Of a stretch of 64,000 nt of DNA, positions 1-14,959 are shown one piece after another. Under the pieces are notes generated by a model. The model searched no databases. It worked only from the letters and a program-made list of their open reading frames with translations, and was not told the DNA's origin. The position numbers and the translations under genes are program-made. Source of the stretch: Eledone cirrhosa. Taxonomy: Eukaryota. Within the stretch, counting starts at the first letter, position 1, and each line of letters opens with the position of its first letter. Location of the stretch: contig CAXHJY010000518.1 of assembly GCA_964016885.1 (NCBI GenBank), positions 1 through 64,000 on the forward strand, given 5' to 3'.

Positions 1-119
1 CGTATGCAGGCATCGTATAACCTGCCTTTCATTTTTAGGGAGAACCCTCTAGCGGCTAATAGTGGTATAAGCTCTCTGAACTTTTTCCATCCAGTTCTGA
101 CTCTAGCTACTGTACTTTC

Positions 120-120
<1 letters not shown>
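1..120 (-). mobile_element. RTE-clade LINE (family A) fragment, C-terminal RT region, runs off the window start
   Basis: Near-identical to 43585-43704 of the minus-strand family A copy; the minus strand encodes ...[40 protein letters not shown]. Confidence 0.9.
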
Positions 121-168
<48 letters not shown>

Positions 169-171
169 AAA

Positions 172-212
<41 letters not shown>

Positions 213-216
213 CAAA

Positions 217-266
<50 letters not shown>

Positions 267-268
267 CG

Positions 269-313
<45 letters not shown>

Positions 314-491
314 GTATATATATACATATATATATATATATACATATATATATACATATATATATACATATATATATATACATATATATATATACATATA
401 TATATATACATATATATATATACATATATATATATACATATATATATACATATATATATACATATATATATATACATATATATATATATAG

Positions 492-538
<47 letters not shown>

Positions 539-560
539 CATATATATATATATGTACATA

Positions 561-592
<32 letters not shown>

Positions 593-621
593 CATATATA
601 TATATACATATGTATATATAC

Positions 622-710
<89 letters not shown>

Positions 711-712
711 AT
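121..712. repeat. Degenerate (TA)n/(TACA) microsatellite array, C-containing strand on +
   Basis: Read directly from the sequence; source of the spurious YIYI ORFs. Confidence 0.97.
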
Positions 713-2015
713 ATATAAGAACAAAAGAGGGTTAAAAGAGTTCCATGTAATTTATTATGCGCATTTCAAAAACAAATATCACCATGCAATAATATTTGTG
801 TTTTCATCAGATAAAACATGAAGACATGATATGAAGGTTAAAAAACCGGTTGTCCTTTCTGGTGTTGGGCGCCAGATGGTGTAGTCGCTCCAAGACCTCC
901 TTTGAGCTGCAGACGTGGGCTGGTAGTGTGTGTAGAATGGGTTTCAGTAGTGTGGAGAGCAGCCACGATATTTTGTAGAGTGGGCCCTCCACGCTAGAAA
1001 CAATGGGCCTGATTTTCAAATCGGGTCCTTGTTTATGTGTTTTAACCAGGTGGTAGAAGGTGGGTAGTTTGCTGTTTCGAGTCATTATGTTGTTTTTTAC
1101 CTTCTTTGGCAGTTTTCGTTGGACACAGATGTTAGTCCATATGGTGTTAATGCCTTCCTCGATTAGAGTCGAGGAGGTCCCTGTGACTTTCGAGTAGAGG
1201 CTGTCGTCATTAAGATGCTGGAGAGCTAAGTTGTTGTAGGTCTCTCTCGAGATGACACAGAATTCTTTCCCCTTGTCAGAGGGAAGGTACACAAGGTTCC
1301 TGGATCTTAGGTTGGTGAGAGTATTAAATTGTGCATTGGTGAGGTTGCGTTTATTGTGTGTGTGTGTGTGTTGGGAAAGGATGTTAGAGATAGAATGTTT
1401 CAACGACGAACTCGAACTTCTGCGCCTCGGACCCAAGTTCATCATTACACAGCGTCTCGATGATAGACTGAAACTCGACATCGAAACCAACTTCTGTCGG
1501 ACAGCATATCAACTGAAATGGCTAACCGCCATCCAAAACAACACCGAGATCGATTACAACCCCACACTCCCCACATACCACCTCGACAACCCACTCCACC
1601 CCCCACCCACCAACCACGAACTTGACACTAAACTACTCAGGTTGAAACATTCTATCTCTAACATCCTTTCCCAACACACACACACACACAATAAACGCAA
1701 CCTCACCAATGCACAATTTAATACTCTCACCAACCTAAGATCCAGGAACCTTGTGTACCTTCCCTCTGACAAGGGGAAAGAATTCTGTGTCATCTCGAGA
1801 GAGACCTACAACAACTTAGCTCTCCAACATCTTAATGACGACAGCCTCTACTCGAAAGTCACAGGGACCTCCTCGACTCTAATCGAGGAAGGCATTAACA
1901 CCATATGGACTAACATCTGTGTCCAACGAAAACTGCCAAAGAAGGTAAAAAACAACATAATGACTCAAAACAGCAAACTACCCACCTGGTTAAAACACAT
2001 AAACAAGGACCCGAT

Positions 2016-3422
2016 TTGAAAATCAGGCCCATTGTTCCTAGCGTGGAGGGCCCACTCTACAAAATATCGTGGCTGCTCTCCACACTACTGAAACCCATTC
2101 TACACACACTACCAGCCCACGTCTGCAGCTCAAAGGAGGTCTTGGAGCGACTACACCATCTGGCGCCCAACACCAGAAAGGACAACGGTTATGCCTTCAG
2201 TCTTGATGTGGTCGCCCTTTATACCTCCGTACCAGCATCCCCAGCCGTCGACCTGTTGACCGAACGAGTCCGAGCATCTAACTTACACTGCTTCGGACTC
2301 ACACACATGGACATCCACCAACTCCTCTCCTTCGTTGTGGATAATGCACTCTTCAATTTCCTCGGCCACACGTACAAACAAATCTCTGGGCTACCTATGG
2401 GCTCTAGTCTGTCCGGCATACTTGCGATCTCGTACATGGACCACCTGGAACGCAAGGCACTCAATACCTGCCAACCCAACGCCGTCGCCTTCTACTCCAG
2501 ATACGTTGATGACATCCTGATACTTACTTCTTCTCGGGAGATGGCGAATGAAATTCACCAAATCTTCAACGATACTGACCATCACGTCGATTTCACCATC
2601 GAACACCCAGGAGAAGACGGGTCACTCGCCCTCCTCGACTTCCGTATCAACATCTCGGAAGAAGGAGACATAAACACCACCTTCTACCGCAAAGCAGCGT
2701 GCAAGGACTTATTTGTGCATTACAACTCAGCCCTCCCCAACAACGCTAAGAGAGGCTATGTCCTAAATGAACTGACACGGATCACTAACAGATGCAGCGA
2801 CCCGATGGGTGGTCTCACCCATACCACGCAATTCCGTAATCTACTCAAGTCTAATGGATATCCCAAGCGACTGATTAACGGAATTAGAGACCCCAGACCC
2901 AATAGACAGACACCCACTAGAAACTTAAATAAAAGCAGGTGCTTCTTTAAAATCCCCCACCTGAGTGAATATACCACGAACGCCATCCGCAGGGCCATAC
3001 GGACGGAGGGACTTGACATACATTTGGCCCACACAGGACCTTCGCTGCGAAGATGCCTCTCCAACAAACCCGACGAGTCAGATGGGACGTGTTCCCTCAG
3101 CAACTGCCCGATACGGGGGGCAGATTGCCTACGCACCTATGTTGTATATAAGATTCAATGCGATAAATGTAACAAGTTTTACATAGGTAGCACCATCCGA
3201 CCCCTACATGTTCGTATCAAGGAACATATCAACACCAACGCATCTTCCTTCCGTAAACACATCCTTAGATGCGGAAACCCACAGGGTAGACCCTTGGTCA
3301 CAGTCCTAGCGACTGAACGCAGCATCGGATCCTTAAGGATAAAGGAAGCACTTGTTATTAAGAACCTCAGACCCCCACTTAACAACCGGGCTGAGAGAAA
3401 TGAGCTGACATGGCTAACTTAA
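2016..3422 (+). pseudogene. Penelope RT/GIY-YIG ORF, separated from its N-terminus by a 10-bp deletion frameshift near 1987
   Basis: 468-aa ORF with RT and GIY-YIG motifs. The inverted arm retains the undeleted PTFYHLVKTHK sequence. Confidence 0.88.
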
Positions 3423-3822
3423 CCATAGTGACCATTCACAGCCCTTACGGCCTGCTATTTTCACACACACACACACATCTATATTTATACACGCACACGT
3501 TTTTACAACCTACCACCTTTCACACCCTTTGATTTCCAGCTTCTACAGCCCACTATCTTTCACACACACACACACACTCACACATATACACACTTACACA
3601 TATACACACACAGTTACACACACACATTTTACGGCTTTCACACGCTAGCGCACCCTCTTGATTTAACCCATTTGGTCAGTAGCTTTTGCCACAGCCTATC
3701 ACGCGCACGCGCATTCTTTCCCTCATTTAAATTTTAAAAAATGTTCTCCCCATAACGGCATTCCTGTTTTATGACATCACAACTTTCTCCGGCTTAGCCT
3801 GTTCCCCCCCTTTTGGAACTTT

Positions 3823-3856
3823 CCCCCGTTGATGGGCGTGAGCCCGAAATATTGGG
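3823..3856 (+). ncRNA. Degenerate minimal type I hammerhead-like motif in the PLE 3' region
   Basis: ccc-CCGTTGA-t-gggc-gtga-gccc-GAAA-tatt-ggg. Stem II, GAAA, a palindromic mini stem III and a ccc/ggg stem I are present, but the core differs from CUGANGA at two positions. Confidence 0.45.
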
Positions 3857-4009
3857 CTTAAATCTCCACTACGGTAACCCTTCTACCTTTGTTTTGTTTT
3901 CATCTTTGTCTCTCTCAATTTTCAATTTCTCCTATTTCTCCTATCTATCATTCACTTCCTACCTCGAGATTTCCCTCTGCATTGTTGTGGCTTTCTAAAC
4001 TACGTATTT

Positions 4010-4701
<692 letters not shown>

Positions 4702-5047
4702 GGAGGCATATGGCTTAGTGGTTAGAGCATTGGCCTTGCAATCGAAAGGTTGTGAGTTCAATTCTCAGACCGGGTGATGTGTTGTTTCCTTGAGCAAGAG
4801 ACTTTATTTCACATTGCTCCAGTTTACTCAGCTGTAGAAATGAGATGATAGGGACTGGGGTCCAAATCATTCCACTGCAAAGTGGTCGTGGAGGTGCCAT
4901 GGCAAAAAAGCACCCAGCACTCACTGTAAATGAGGTTGGTGTTAGGAAGGGCATCCAGCTGTAGAAATCAAGCCAGAATCAGTTCCCGTCCCACCCTTGC
5001 AAGCAGGGAAAAGCGGACGTAAAATGAAATGATGCTGATGAAATGAT
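4702..5047 (+). mobile_element. tRNA-derived SINE
   Basis: A-box TGGCTTAGTGG, B-box-like GAGTTCAATTC, central CCTTGAGCAAG..ACTTTATTTCAC block, 3' tail shared with the family A LINE 3' UTR, (TGA)-rich end. Four copies in the window. Confidence 0.9.
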
Positions 5048-5071
5048 ATATGTATGTATATATATATATAT

Positions 5072-6943
5072 ATAACTTTGAATAACTTTGAAATGTTTTG
5101 GCCAGTATTGGCCCAGGCCATGTCTAACTTAATAGCACCACCTGGCGAAGTCTTTCAATTCAGGATTTGGGCACCATGGCCCATTCGAGAAGAGAATTAC
5201 TGTTTGCGGAGACATATCCGGGTGTGGGTGGTTTGTCCGGGATTACTTGGAGGAATTTGTCCAAAGACTTCTTGAATTTTGTGTGGTCAGTTTCTGTTTT
5301 GACGTGTCCTGGTGTGATGTTGAAGAGAGCAGGGCCGATTGAGGTGAAATAATTGTGCCGTATTGTTGTTATGAGTTGCGGTTTAGATTTTTGAATGGGA
5401 CGGATAGCACGGGGTCCAAGCCTTGGGTGTATCTTGAAGCCGATGCCAACATCATTTGGGCAGTGATGATGGAACATTTTCCACATCATGCAGATAATAT
5501 AACGCTCACGGCGACGTTGGAGTGAGTAAAGTTTCAGGTTTTCTAATCGACCCCAGTAGTCAAGGTCTGACATGCCATCTATCTTTTTCGTGATTGCCCT
5601 TTGAGGAGCTTCAAGTTTCATGATACTTTGTTTCGTGTGGGGAGACCACAGTGGACAACAGTATTCAAGGTGTGGTCGGGCAAAAGTAGAGAAGAGAAGG
5701 ATAATGGTGTGGGAATCTCTCGACTGGAAGGTTCTGAGGATCCAGGAACACATTCTGCGGGCCATGTCAACTTTGCTGCTTATATGCGTGGCCCAGCTTA
5801 TGTTGCTGTCCACGGTTACTCTCAAGTCTCTGATGTTGTTATGCCACGAGAGTTTCCCCGGAGGGAAGGGAGTACGGGAGTTTCAGAGCATCCTCTTTTC
5901 CAAAGTGGATCAGTTCGAATTTGTTTTCGTTCAGTAACATGTTGTTCTTTTCCGCCCATTGGGTAACAGCCAGTAGGTCTGACTGAAGGCTTATCCGGTC
6001 ATCCACGCCATTGATGACCTTTTGGAGCTTGGAATCATCAGCGAAAATTTTAATGTTGCTGTGTTTGATGATGTCAGTGATGTCATTAATATAGATGATG
6101 AAGAGAAGTGGGCCCAACACAGTGCCTTGTGGGACCCCGCTACTGACTTTGGCTGGGCTGGATTTGACTCCTTCAACTACAACATGTTGGGTTCTGTTTG
6201 ACAGGAAGCTCTTGATCCACTGCAGCAGCTTTCCAGTGACACCAATATTGGACAGCTTTCTCAGTAGAATATTATGATCAACCCTGTCAAAGGCCTTGCT
6301 GAAATAAAGGTAGATAACATCAGTGTTGGAACACTCTCCCAAGGCTCTCAAAATGTCATCAAAGTGATGCAGTAGCTGCGTCAGGCAATCCCTTCCATTA
6401 CGGAATCCATGCTGGTTGGAGTTCAGCATATTGTTACTCTCAAGGAAGTGGGTCATTCGCGATCTCACCACTCTCTCAAATACCTTAATGATATGAGAGG
6501 TGAGTGAGATTGGACGGTAATTAACGGCAAGGGATTTGTTTCCTTTTTTGAAAACTGGGACAACAGACTGGGATAGAAGGTTTTCTGGCACATATCCAGC
6601 ATCCAGTGAGTTCCGCCACAGATTGGCAAGAGGAGATGCAAGTTGGTGTTGACACGCCTTCAAGACACAAGCAGGGAACCTATCGGGACCTACTGCTGAA
6701 TTATGCTTGATTTCCTTTATTGCCGCTAAGACATCAGGGGCACCAATCGTTATGTCCGATAAGGTGTAATGGGGAGTAACATCGCTGATACAGCCCAGAT
6801 CGGCCATATCAGGATTGCTGAAAACAGAGCAGTATTGTTTCTGCAGTATCTCACCCATGGTTTTAGCATTGTCTTGAAGAGTGCCATTTTCATCAATTAG
6901 AGGGCCAACAGTAGAGCCAGTGATTTTGTGTTTTTTTGCAAAT
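5072..6943 (-). mobile_element. CR1-like LINE, 5'-truncated RT fragment with a frameshift near 5840
   Basis: [52 protein letters not shown]. Short 3' UTR ending in TTCAAAGTTA repeats. Clade assignment is by motif recognition. Confidence 0.88.
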
Positions 6944-7019
6944 ATATGTATATATATATATGTATATAATATATGTATGTATATATATATATATATATGT
7001 ATGTATATATATATATATG

Positions 7020-7057
<38 letters not shown>

Positions 7058-7153
7058 TATGTATATATATATATATGTATATATATGTATGTATATATAT
7101 ATATATATATATGTATGTATATATATATATATATATGTATGTATATATATATA

Positions 7154-7222
<69 letters not shown>

Positions 7223-7293
7223 ATATATATATATATATATGTATGTATATATATATATATATATGTATGTATATATATATATATATATGTATG

Positions 7294-7324
<31 letters not shown>

Positions 7325-7395
7325 ATATATATATATATATATGTATGTATATATATATATATATATGTATGTATATATATATATATATATGTATG

Positions 7396-7426
<31 letters not shown>

Positions 7427-7545
7427 ATATATATATATATATATGTATGTATATATATATATATATGTATGTATATATATATATATATATATGTATGTAT
7501 ATATATATATATATATGTATGTATATATATATATATATATGTATG

Positions 7546-7592
<47 letters not shown>

Positions 7593-7599
7593 ATATATG

Positions 7600-7630
<31 letters not shown>

Positions 7631-7663
7631 GTATATATATATATATATGTATGTATATATATG

Positions 7664-7694
<31 letters not shown>

Positions 7695-7757
7695 GTATAT
7701 ATATATATATATGTATGTATATATATGTATATATATATATATATATATGTATGTATA

Positions 7758-7796
<39 letters not shown>

Positions 7797-7797
7797 A

Positions 7798-7846
<49 letters not shown>

Positions 7847-7877
7847 ATATATGTATATATATATATATATATATATA
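6944..7877. repeat. (TA)n/(TATG)n compound microsatellite
   Basis: Read directly from the sequence. It is falsely fused to the downstream LINE ORF in the ORF track (6936-10607). Confidence 0.97.
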
Positions 7878-10800
7878 AAGGGTCGCGCTAACGAGGTTGT
7901 AGAAATGCTTGAACGTAAGGAGGTCGATGTTTGTTGTATTCAAGAGACCAGGTGGAGGGGTGGGTCTGCTAGATTCATTGAGGGTAAAAAACGATGTTAT
8001 AAGCTTTTCTGGGTGGGAAACGACGATGGGCTGGGTGGAGTAGGAATCATGGTAGCAGAAAAGTGGGCAGATAAGATAATAGACGTAAATAGAGTGAACG
8101 ACAGAATAATTAAAATAAGACTTGTCCTCAATAGAACTACGGTGACAGTAATATCTGCGTACGCACCCCAATCCGGACTGCCCGGCACTATAAAAGACAG
8201 ATTCTATGAGACACTGTTGCTAACTACCTCCCAAATATCTGACAGTGACTATATAATTATTGCAGGCGACCTAAATGGTCACGTTGGACAACATTGTGAC
8301 GGCTACGACGAAATCCATGGAGGCTATGGGTTTGGTACTAGAAATGAGGAAGGCTCCAGAATTCTGGAATACTGTGATGCAAATAACCTAACTATCTGTA
8401 ACACTAACTTCAAAAAACGTGACAATCACCTGATTACCTATAGATCCGGGGAACACACAAGCCAGGTAGATTATATCCTTACCAGAAGACGTGACAGAGT
8501 GTCTGTTGTAAACACTAAATCCCTCCCCCATGAAGAATGCACCTCCCAACATAGACTGATAATTAGCGACCTCATAGTCAGGACGAGACGTACCCGACAG
8601 CAGAAGAGGACTATCCTCAGGAGGAAAATATGGAAACTAAAGGACCCCACAGCCAGAAATAAATTTCAAAGCATATTACTTGATGCTTTCGACAGTAAGG
8701 AAGAGCATCTAGAATCGGACAATATAGAGGGACAGTGGAAATTTCTGAAAGCAAACCTGCTGTTGGCGACAGACGAAGTCTGTGGCTGGAGCAGGCCTGT
8801 AGGCAGGAGGAGAGTAACATGGTGGTGGAACAATAGGGTGGAGGGGTCAATTAAGGCCAAAAAGCAGGCTTGGAAAGTATGGCGGGATGGGGGAAGTAGA
8901 GTAGACTATCAAGTGGCCAGGAGGGAAGCTAGGAGAGAAGTGTACTTAGCAAGAAGGGAAGCTGAGGAAAGAAAGTTCAAGCATGTTCTACAACGCGATG
9001 ACCAAAAACGTGAGGTGTTCAGGATTGCCAGGCAATGCGTCAAGGAAAACCGTGATATTGTCGGGGAGAAGTGTGTACTTAACGATGATGGCATACTTGC
9101 CATCACCGACACTGATAAGAAGGTAGCTTGGAAGTGTCACTATGAAAGGCTTCTAAATGAGGAGAACAAATGGGAGAAAGACAGTCTCCCCATTATCGAC
9201 CCGATAGAGGGACCAGCAGTGTTAGTCGAGGGGAGTATAATAAGTAAGGCAATCAAGGATATGAAGACTGGTAAGGCGGCTGGGCCTTCGGAAATAGTTG
9301 CTGAGATGCTGAAGGCATCTGGCACGGTGGGACACACCATGGTCACCCGCATAGTTAACCAAGTCGTACAGAATGGGGTTGTTCCGAAGGACTGGCATAG
9401 CAGCATCATCGTTAACTGTTATAAGGGTAAAGGAGACGCCCTAGATAGGAGTAACTATAGAGGCATTAAATTAATCGACCAGGTCATGAAGGTCACGGAA
9501 AAAGTAATAGCGCAACTAATCAGAGAGAGAATTGATCTAGATGAAATGCAGTTCGGGTTTGTGTCAGGCAAAAGCACCACAGACGCTCTTTTCATAGTAC
9601 GACAACTACAGGAGAAGTACCTAGCTAAAGGTAAACCCCTCTACTTAGCTTTTGTCGACCTGGAGAAAGCCTTCGACAGAGTCCCCCGCTCCATTATCTG
9701 GTGGGCTCTTAGAAAACTAGGCGTTGATGAATGGCTTGTGAGGGCTATACAAGCCATGTATAAAGAAACAGTCAGCAAGGTTAGAATTAACAACGAATAT
9801 AGTGAAGAGTTTAGCGTAAAAGTTGGCGTCCATCAGGGCTCTGTTCTCAGCCCCCTACTATTTATTATTGCCCTTCAGGCTATAACAGAGGAGTTCAAGA
9901 CAGGCTGCCCATGGGAACTCCTATACGCAGACGACCTGACACTCATAGCGGAATCAATGGCCGAGCTAGAGAAGAAATTCCAAACATGGAAGCACGGCCT
10001 AGAGTCAAAAGGACTTAAAATTAACCTGGCTAAGACCAAAGTTCTAGTTTGTAGGAGAGAAAACAAGGCGGCGGTCCCTTCTGGGAAATGGTCGTGCTCG
10101 GTATGTAGGAAAGGCGTAGGTAGAAACTCCATCTTATGTCCTAAATGCAAAGTATGGGTGCATAAAAGATGTAGTGGGATCACAGGTAAGCTAACTAAGA
10201 ACATAGACTTTACATGTGGCCGGTGTTCTGGTGCAATAAGTAGCAGCAAGTGCCCACAAAATACTAGCTCTTTCAATTGCGCAGAGGGTTCTATAGAAAT
10301 AGTGGACAGCTTCCGTTACCTGGGCGATAAAATCAGCAGTGGGGGAGGGTGCTCTGAAAGTACTGTAGCTAGAGTCAGAACTGGTTGGAAAAAGTTCAGA
10401 GAGCTTATACCACTATTAGCTGCTAAAGGGTTCTCCCTAAAAATGAAAGGCAGGTTGTACGATGCCTGCATACGAACAGCAATGTTGCATGGTAGTGAGA
10501 CCTGGGCATTGTGTGCAGAGGATATACGCAGACTAGAGAGGAACGAAGCTTGCATGCTCCGCTGGATGTGTAACAGTAATATACGTGAACGGCAAAGCAT
10601 AAACTAACTAAGGAAAAAATTAGAGATAAGAGGGATCAGATGTTGTTTACTCGAGAGAAGGCTGCGTTGGTATGGACACGTGATGCGCATGAAAGTCGAT
10701 AGCTGTATTACAAAGTGCAGGGCAATAAAGATAGACGGTAGCCACGGAATAGGCAGACCTAGAAAAACATGGGATGAGCTGATAAACTCAGACCTCACAC

Positions 10801-11250
10801 ACTTACACCTCTCCAAGACAATGTCACTGGACCGTGACCTTTGGCGGTACTCAGTAACAGAGAAGACCCGCCTTGCCAGTAGGCATCTCTAACAAACTAC
10901 ACCCCGTCCCGCCACCACCCCCACCCCATCCACACCACCCCGTTCTATGTAAAGTTATGTTGGTGCCGCGCCATCCAGGCCGAAACAAATGAGATCGTGT
11001 AGGTGTCACGACAAAAAAACACACAGTCCACGCTGTAATGTGGCCGTGTAGGCAACACGGTAAAAACCTCCCAGACCCACACTGTAAATGTGGTTGGTGT
11101 TAGGAAGGGCATCCAACTGTAGAAAACCTGCCAGACAGTCCTATGCGAGCAAGACAATCACTCTTGCCTCAAGTGGGACTACCCCCGTCCAAACCCATGC
11201 AAGCGTGGAACACGGACGTTAAACGTTGATGATGATGATGATGATGATGA
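7878..11250 (+). mobile_element. RTE-clade LINE (family A): near-complete APE endonuclease + RT + PHD-like finger ORF with one nonsense codon, 3' UTR and (GAT)n tail
   Basis: [75 protein letters not shown] at 10605-10607 where the sister copies have GAA; the frame continues to 10892. Confidence 0.95.
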
Positions 11251-12233
<983 letters not shown>

Positions 12234-12819
12234 GTAACATGTATCCCAGTACAACCTGTCTCATGGTCGGGTCGTTGGCGACTAAACTGTAGCAACCCCA
12301 CCAAGGTTTCTTGGTGAGGAGGGTGACTTTGGACATCCTGCAGGACTAAAAACAAAACCTGTCAAAGGGCAAAGGAGCTCTTAAGAGTCAATGGCCATCC
12401 AAAATCACCGGGAGAGATGACCCCTTAGCCTTTATCAAGGCAGAATTCTAGGAGAAGGAAAACTCTGATATAACACCTGCAACTCTGATGGTATCCAATG
12501 ATGTTGACTTGTTCTTCTTTTTGGTAAATATCATCTTGGTTAAGAGAGAGGGACTGGCTTTGTGCAGTGCCTTTGCTCACTATAAAAGCTTCACGGCACA
12601 GGCATTGCTTTATATCTGGAGATCTCTCTGCACTTGTCGTCACATGGTACCATGGGCCCAGCACTATGTGTCAATAATTGTCACAAGTGTAGTGTTTGTA
12701 CCAGAGTTTTCAAGTCGCTGGCTGGACTAAAAAGTCACACTCGTTCATTGCATCGGTAATGGTTCTCCTACATGGATATAAAGTAGTGTCCGTACTCGAA
12801 AACGAGTTGGCAGCCACCA
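12234..12819 (+). mobile_element. Non-autonomous bipartite RTE derivative (5' UTR fused to C2H2-finger 3' end), copy 1
   Basis: 12405-12608 aligns to the family B RTE 5' UTR (18362-18587). 12679-12759 encodes [26 protein letters not shown]. The terminus resembles 28583-28619. Confidence 0.82.
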
Positions 12820-12829
12820 TATATGTATG

Positions 12830-12925
<96 letters not shown>

Positions 12926-12931
12926 TGTATG

Positions 12932-12991
<60 letters not shown>

Positions 12992-12999
12992 TATGTATG

Positions 13000-13051
<52 letters not shown>

Positions 13052-13054
13052 TAT

Positions 13055-13303
13055 ATAACTTTGAATAACTTTGAAATGTTTTGGCCAGTATTGGCCCAGG
13101 CCATGTCTAACTTAATAGCACCACCTGGCGAAGTCTTTCAATTCAGGATTTGGGCACCATGGCCCATTCGAGAAGAGAATTACTGTTTGCGGAGACATAT
13201 CCGGTTGTGGGTGGTTTGTCCGGGATTACTTGGAGGAATTTGTCCAAAGACTTCTTGAATTTTGTGTGGTCAGTTTCTGTTTTGACGTGTCCTGGTGTGA
13301 TGT
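13055..13303 (-). mobile_element. CR1-like LINE, short 3' fragment
   Basis: Near-identical to 5072-5320; flanked by TA arrays. Confidence 0.9.
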
Positions 13304-13336
13304 ATATATGTATGTGTATATATATATATATATATG

Positions 13337-13375
<39 letters not shown>

Positions 13376-13411
13376 ATATATATATATATATATATATGTG
13401 TATATATATAT

Positions 13412-14532
13412 ATAACTTTGAAACTTTGAAACTTTGAAATGTTTTGGCCAGTATTGGCCCAGGCCATGTCTAACTTAATAGCACCACCTGGCGAAGTCTT
13501 TCAATTCAGGATTTGGGCACCATGGCCCATTCGAGAAGAGAATTACTGTTTGCGGAGACATATCCGGGTGTGGGTGGTTTGTCCGGGATTACTTGGAGGA
13601 ATTTGTCCAAAGACTTCTTGAATCTTGTGTGGTCAGTTTCTGTTTTGACGTGTCCTGGTGTGATGTTGAAGAGAGCAGGGCCGATTGAGGTGAAATAATT
13701 GTGCCGTATTGTTGTTATGAGTTGCGATTTAGATTTTTGAATGGGACGGATAGCACGGGGCCCAAGCCTTGGGTGTATCTTGAAGGCGATGCCAACATCA
13801 TTTGGGCAGTGATGATGGAACATTTTCCACATCATGCAGATAATATAACGCTCACGGCGACGTTGGAGTGAGTAAAGTTTCAGGTTTTCCAATCGACCCC
13901 AGTAGTCAAGGTCTGACATGCCATCTATCTTTTTCGTGATTGCCCTTTGAGGAGCTTCAAGTTTCATGATACTTTGTTTCGTGTGGGGAGACCACAGTGG
14001 ACAACAGTATTCAAGGTGTGGTCGGGCGAAAGTAGAGAAGAGAAGGATAATGGTGCGGGAATCTCTCGACTGGAAGGTTCTGAGGATCCAGGAACACATT
14101 CTGCGGGCCATGTCAACTTTGCTGCTTATATGCGTGGTCCAGCTTATGTTGCTGTCCACGGTTACTCCCAAGTCTCTGATGTTGTTAGATGCCACGAGAG
14201 TTTCCCCGGAGGGAAGGGAGTACGGGAGTTTCAGAGCATCCTCTTTTCCAAAGTGGATCAGTTCGAATTTGTCTTCGTTCAGTAACATGTTGTTCTTTTC
14301 TGCCCATTGGGTAACAGCCAGTAGGTCTGACTGAAGGCTTATCCGGTCATCCACGCCATTGATGACCTTTTGGAGCTTGGAATCATCAGCGAAAATTTTA
14401 ATGTTGCTGTGTTTGATGATGTCAGTGATGTCATTAATATAGATGATGAAGAGAAGTGGGCCCAACACAGTGCCTTGTGGGACTCCACTACTGACTTTGG
14501 CTGGGCTTGATTTGACTCCCTCAACTACAACA
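13412..14532 (-). mobile_element. CR1-like LINE, 5'-truncated 3' fragment with open RT frame
   Basis: Sister of 5072-6185; reads [13 protein letters not shown]...FADD...WAMVPKS* without interruption. Confidence 0.92.
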
Positions 14533-14680
14533 TATATGTATATATATATATGTATGTATATATATATATATATATGTACGTATATATATATATATATATA
14601 TGTATGTATATATATATACATATATATGTACGTATATATATAGATATATATGTACGTATAAATATATATATATATGTATG

Positions 14681-14713
<33 letters not shown>

Positions 14714-14726
14714 GTATATATATATG

Positions 14727-14779
<53 letters not shown>

Positions 14780-14791
14780 GTATATATATGC

Positions 14792-14833
<42 letters not shown>

Positions 14834-14846
14834 ATATATATGTATG

Positions 14847-14878
<32 letters not shown>

Positions 14879-14918
14879 TATATGTATGTATATATATATA
14901 TATGTATGTATGTATATA

Positions 14919-14959
<41 letters not shown>

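Larger units (their letters stand above)
846..4009 (+). mobile_element. Penelope-like retroelement (RT + C-terminal GIY-YIG), 5'-truncated, with an inverted 5' duplication
   Basis: ORFs 1405-2019 and 2016-3422 show LLRLGPKF, PSDKG, IRPIV, FSLDVVALYTSV, GLPMGSSLS, YSRYVDD and VYKIQC..C...YIGST.R.L..RIKEH. 846-1404 is the reverse complement of 1641-2189. The 3' region has (CA)n runs and a hammerhead-like motif. Confidence 0.92.

Noticed and set aside
4702-4775. Possible tRNA gene (also at 61241 and 56340-56409)
   Set aside because: The acceptor and anticodon stems pair poorly and the sequence continues into a SINE body; these are SINE heads.
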